A DNA stretch of 64,000 nucleotides from Eledone cirrhosa. Lineage: Eukaryota. The notes under the pieces are model-generated. The model had not been told where the DNA came from. It worked only from the letters and a program-made list of their open reading frames with translations, and did no database searches. This document shows positions 62,605-64,000 of this stretch, in pieces. A program made the position numbers and the translations under genes. Every line of letters starts with the position of its first letter. The stretch's first letter is position 1. The DNA lies in assembly GCA_964016885.1 (NCBI GenBank), contig OZ024744.1, positions 118,606,001 to 118,670,000 of the forward strand, read 5' to 3'.

Positions 62605-64000
62605 GATGGTTCCTCGTGGCAACCTTACCAACTTCTAAACATAACTCTCTGCTAAATTGGTGACCCTCGACGATTAAGTATGAAAATGCAGCCTATTTGA
62701 ATTCGCCATTCGTTTTAATGTCTATGTGGCGTGGCTTAACATTTGGAATGTTCGAATTGGGTAGCTAGACTCACTTAGCGTAAGTCCATAAAATTCATAA
62801 TATTCCATTTGTTGAAGCACGCGGCCTGCACAATATTTCTGTCATAACTTTCATGGTAATACTAGTAACTCACGCATACAGACGAACACGAAAGAGTTTT
62901 TACGACGACTAACAAAAAATTTCTCTTTTGGATTGAAAATTATGCGATGTCTTCTATCCGGTTGAGGTGGTTTGGTATATTTCAGTTAGTTGAAAAAATG
63001 AGTACGGTGACCACCGATTAAGAACAACTTGCCTTGCAAGCATAGTTTGATAGAAACAAAAAAAAAATTTTTTAAAAAGGATTTCTCTGGCTATAAAATT
63101 TTGCTTTCAAACTGTTAAAGTTACAAAATGGAGACTCAAAAATTTTGTTTTCCCGCGTACAGCTTGTCTTCTGCAATCCCAGCCATCTGATTGGCTACAT
63201 CGTGCCACATGACGGCTTCTTCGTCGCAGGCACATTTTTCAATCGGCCATCTTCGGATTTTCTTGCCGAATAATTTTCATGGAAAATAATTTTTTTTATT
63301 ATTCAAATTTTCTTTAGAATATTTTTAGAAAAAAAATTAGCAGTATTTCAAAAACTTTACGCCACGAGGAAATTTCAAAACGGCTACCATCAGCAACAAC
63401 ACATGGCTAACTATTAACCAACACCAGGGAACGGCTTGTAACTTTACTGACGCAACCACCATACCTTCTGTCTCGTTACCACAAGGAATCGAGAAATTAA
63501 GACATTAGTTTTCTCACCATTATGGCGTCAGACGTGGCTGCCATATTGGTGACGCTAGGTTCTTCAACGCTAGACTTCGACTCTACAGAAGATTCATTGT
63601 GACTTTGCTTTAACAACAACAACAACTCTACTAGCTCCCTAGTAAGAGCGTTCCCAAAGAAAAAAGAAGCGAACTTTTTGTTAAAAGAAAAGAAACAATT
63701 CTTTCTTCCTTTTTTTTCAGGCATTTATTTTGGACATTTATTTTTTTTTTTAAACTGTATTATATAAAAATTCATTTCTCTCTATCATTGTATATGTGAC
63801 CGCACGCACACATTTTCTTTGCTGTATTACATGCCTGCATATATACACACACCAACATGTTGTTGTCTATGGTATGTGATCTTCAAGCGTCGTAATATTC
63901 TGTGAGATCCCTTTTCACCTTCTGGAGGTACCTAAACCTCTAAGGAGGAGAATAGTGTGATAACGTGATAGCCATGATTAGACAGAATGGAAGAAGTTTA

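Noticed and set aside
63497-63724. 75-aa minus-strand ORF
   Set aside because: No recognisable domain; lies in a low-complexity, probably transposon-derived insert.
1-64000. CRISPR-like arrays
   Set aside because: Repeats are head-to-tail without unique spacers, there are no cas genes, and the context is eukaryotic.

Overview
AT-rich, repeat-dominated eukaryotic (animal) DNA. The SINE core and LINE tails resemble repeats I recall from octopod cephalopods, which is an inference only. The only host gene visible is the 3' end of MORN3 (+ strand; exons 3904-4088 and 7541-7615), whose last intron is filled by ~3.3 kb of (ACC)n. The rest is a mosaic of five tandem-repeat families (64, 72, 48, 24 and ~73 bp units) and mobile elements. 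Two full-length, ~98-99% identical Tx1/L1-group LINEs (ORF1 with CCHC knuckle; ORF2 with APE-RT-CCHC) sit at the same nucleotide of the 72-bp satellite. A related 5'-truncated LINE with a TSD lies in the 73-bp satellite. Also present: two tRNA-Trp-primed Gypsy-type LTR families, tRNA-derived SINEs whose tail resembles the LINE tail, a hAT MITE, a non-autonomous Helitron, an RTE fragment, a THAP/Harbinger-like relic, and Penelope-type minimal hammerhead ribozymes, two of them in a foldback just downstream of the MORN3 stop codon. The most interesting candidates are a possibly satellite-targeting Tx1 retrotransposon (segmental duplication is a serious alternative), the hammerhead foldback and the SINE-Tx1 shared tail.
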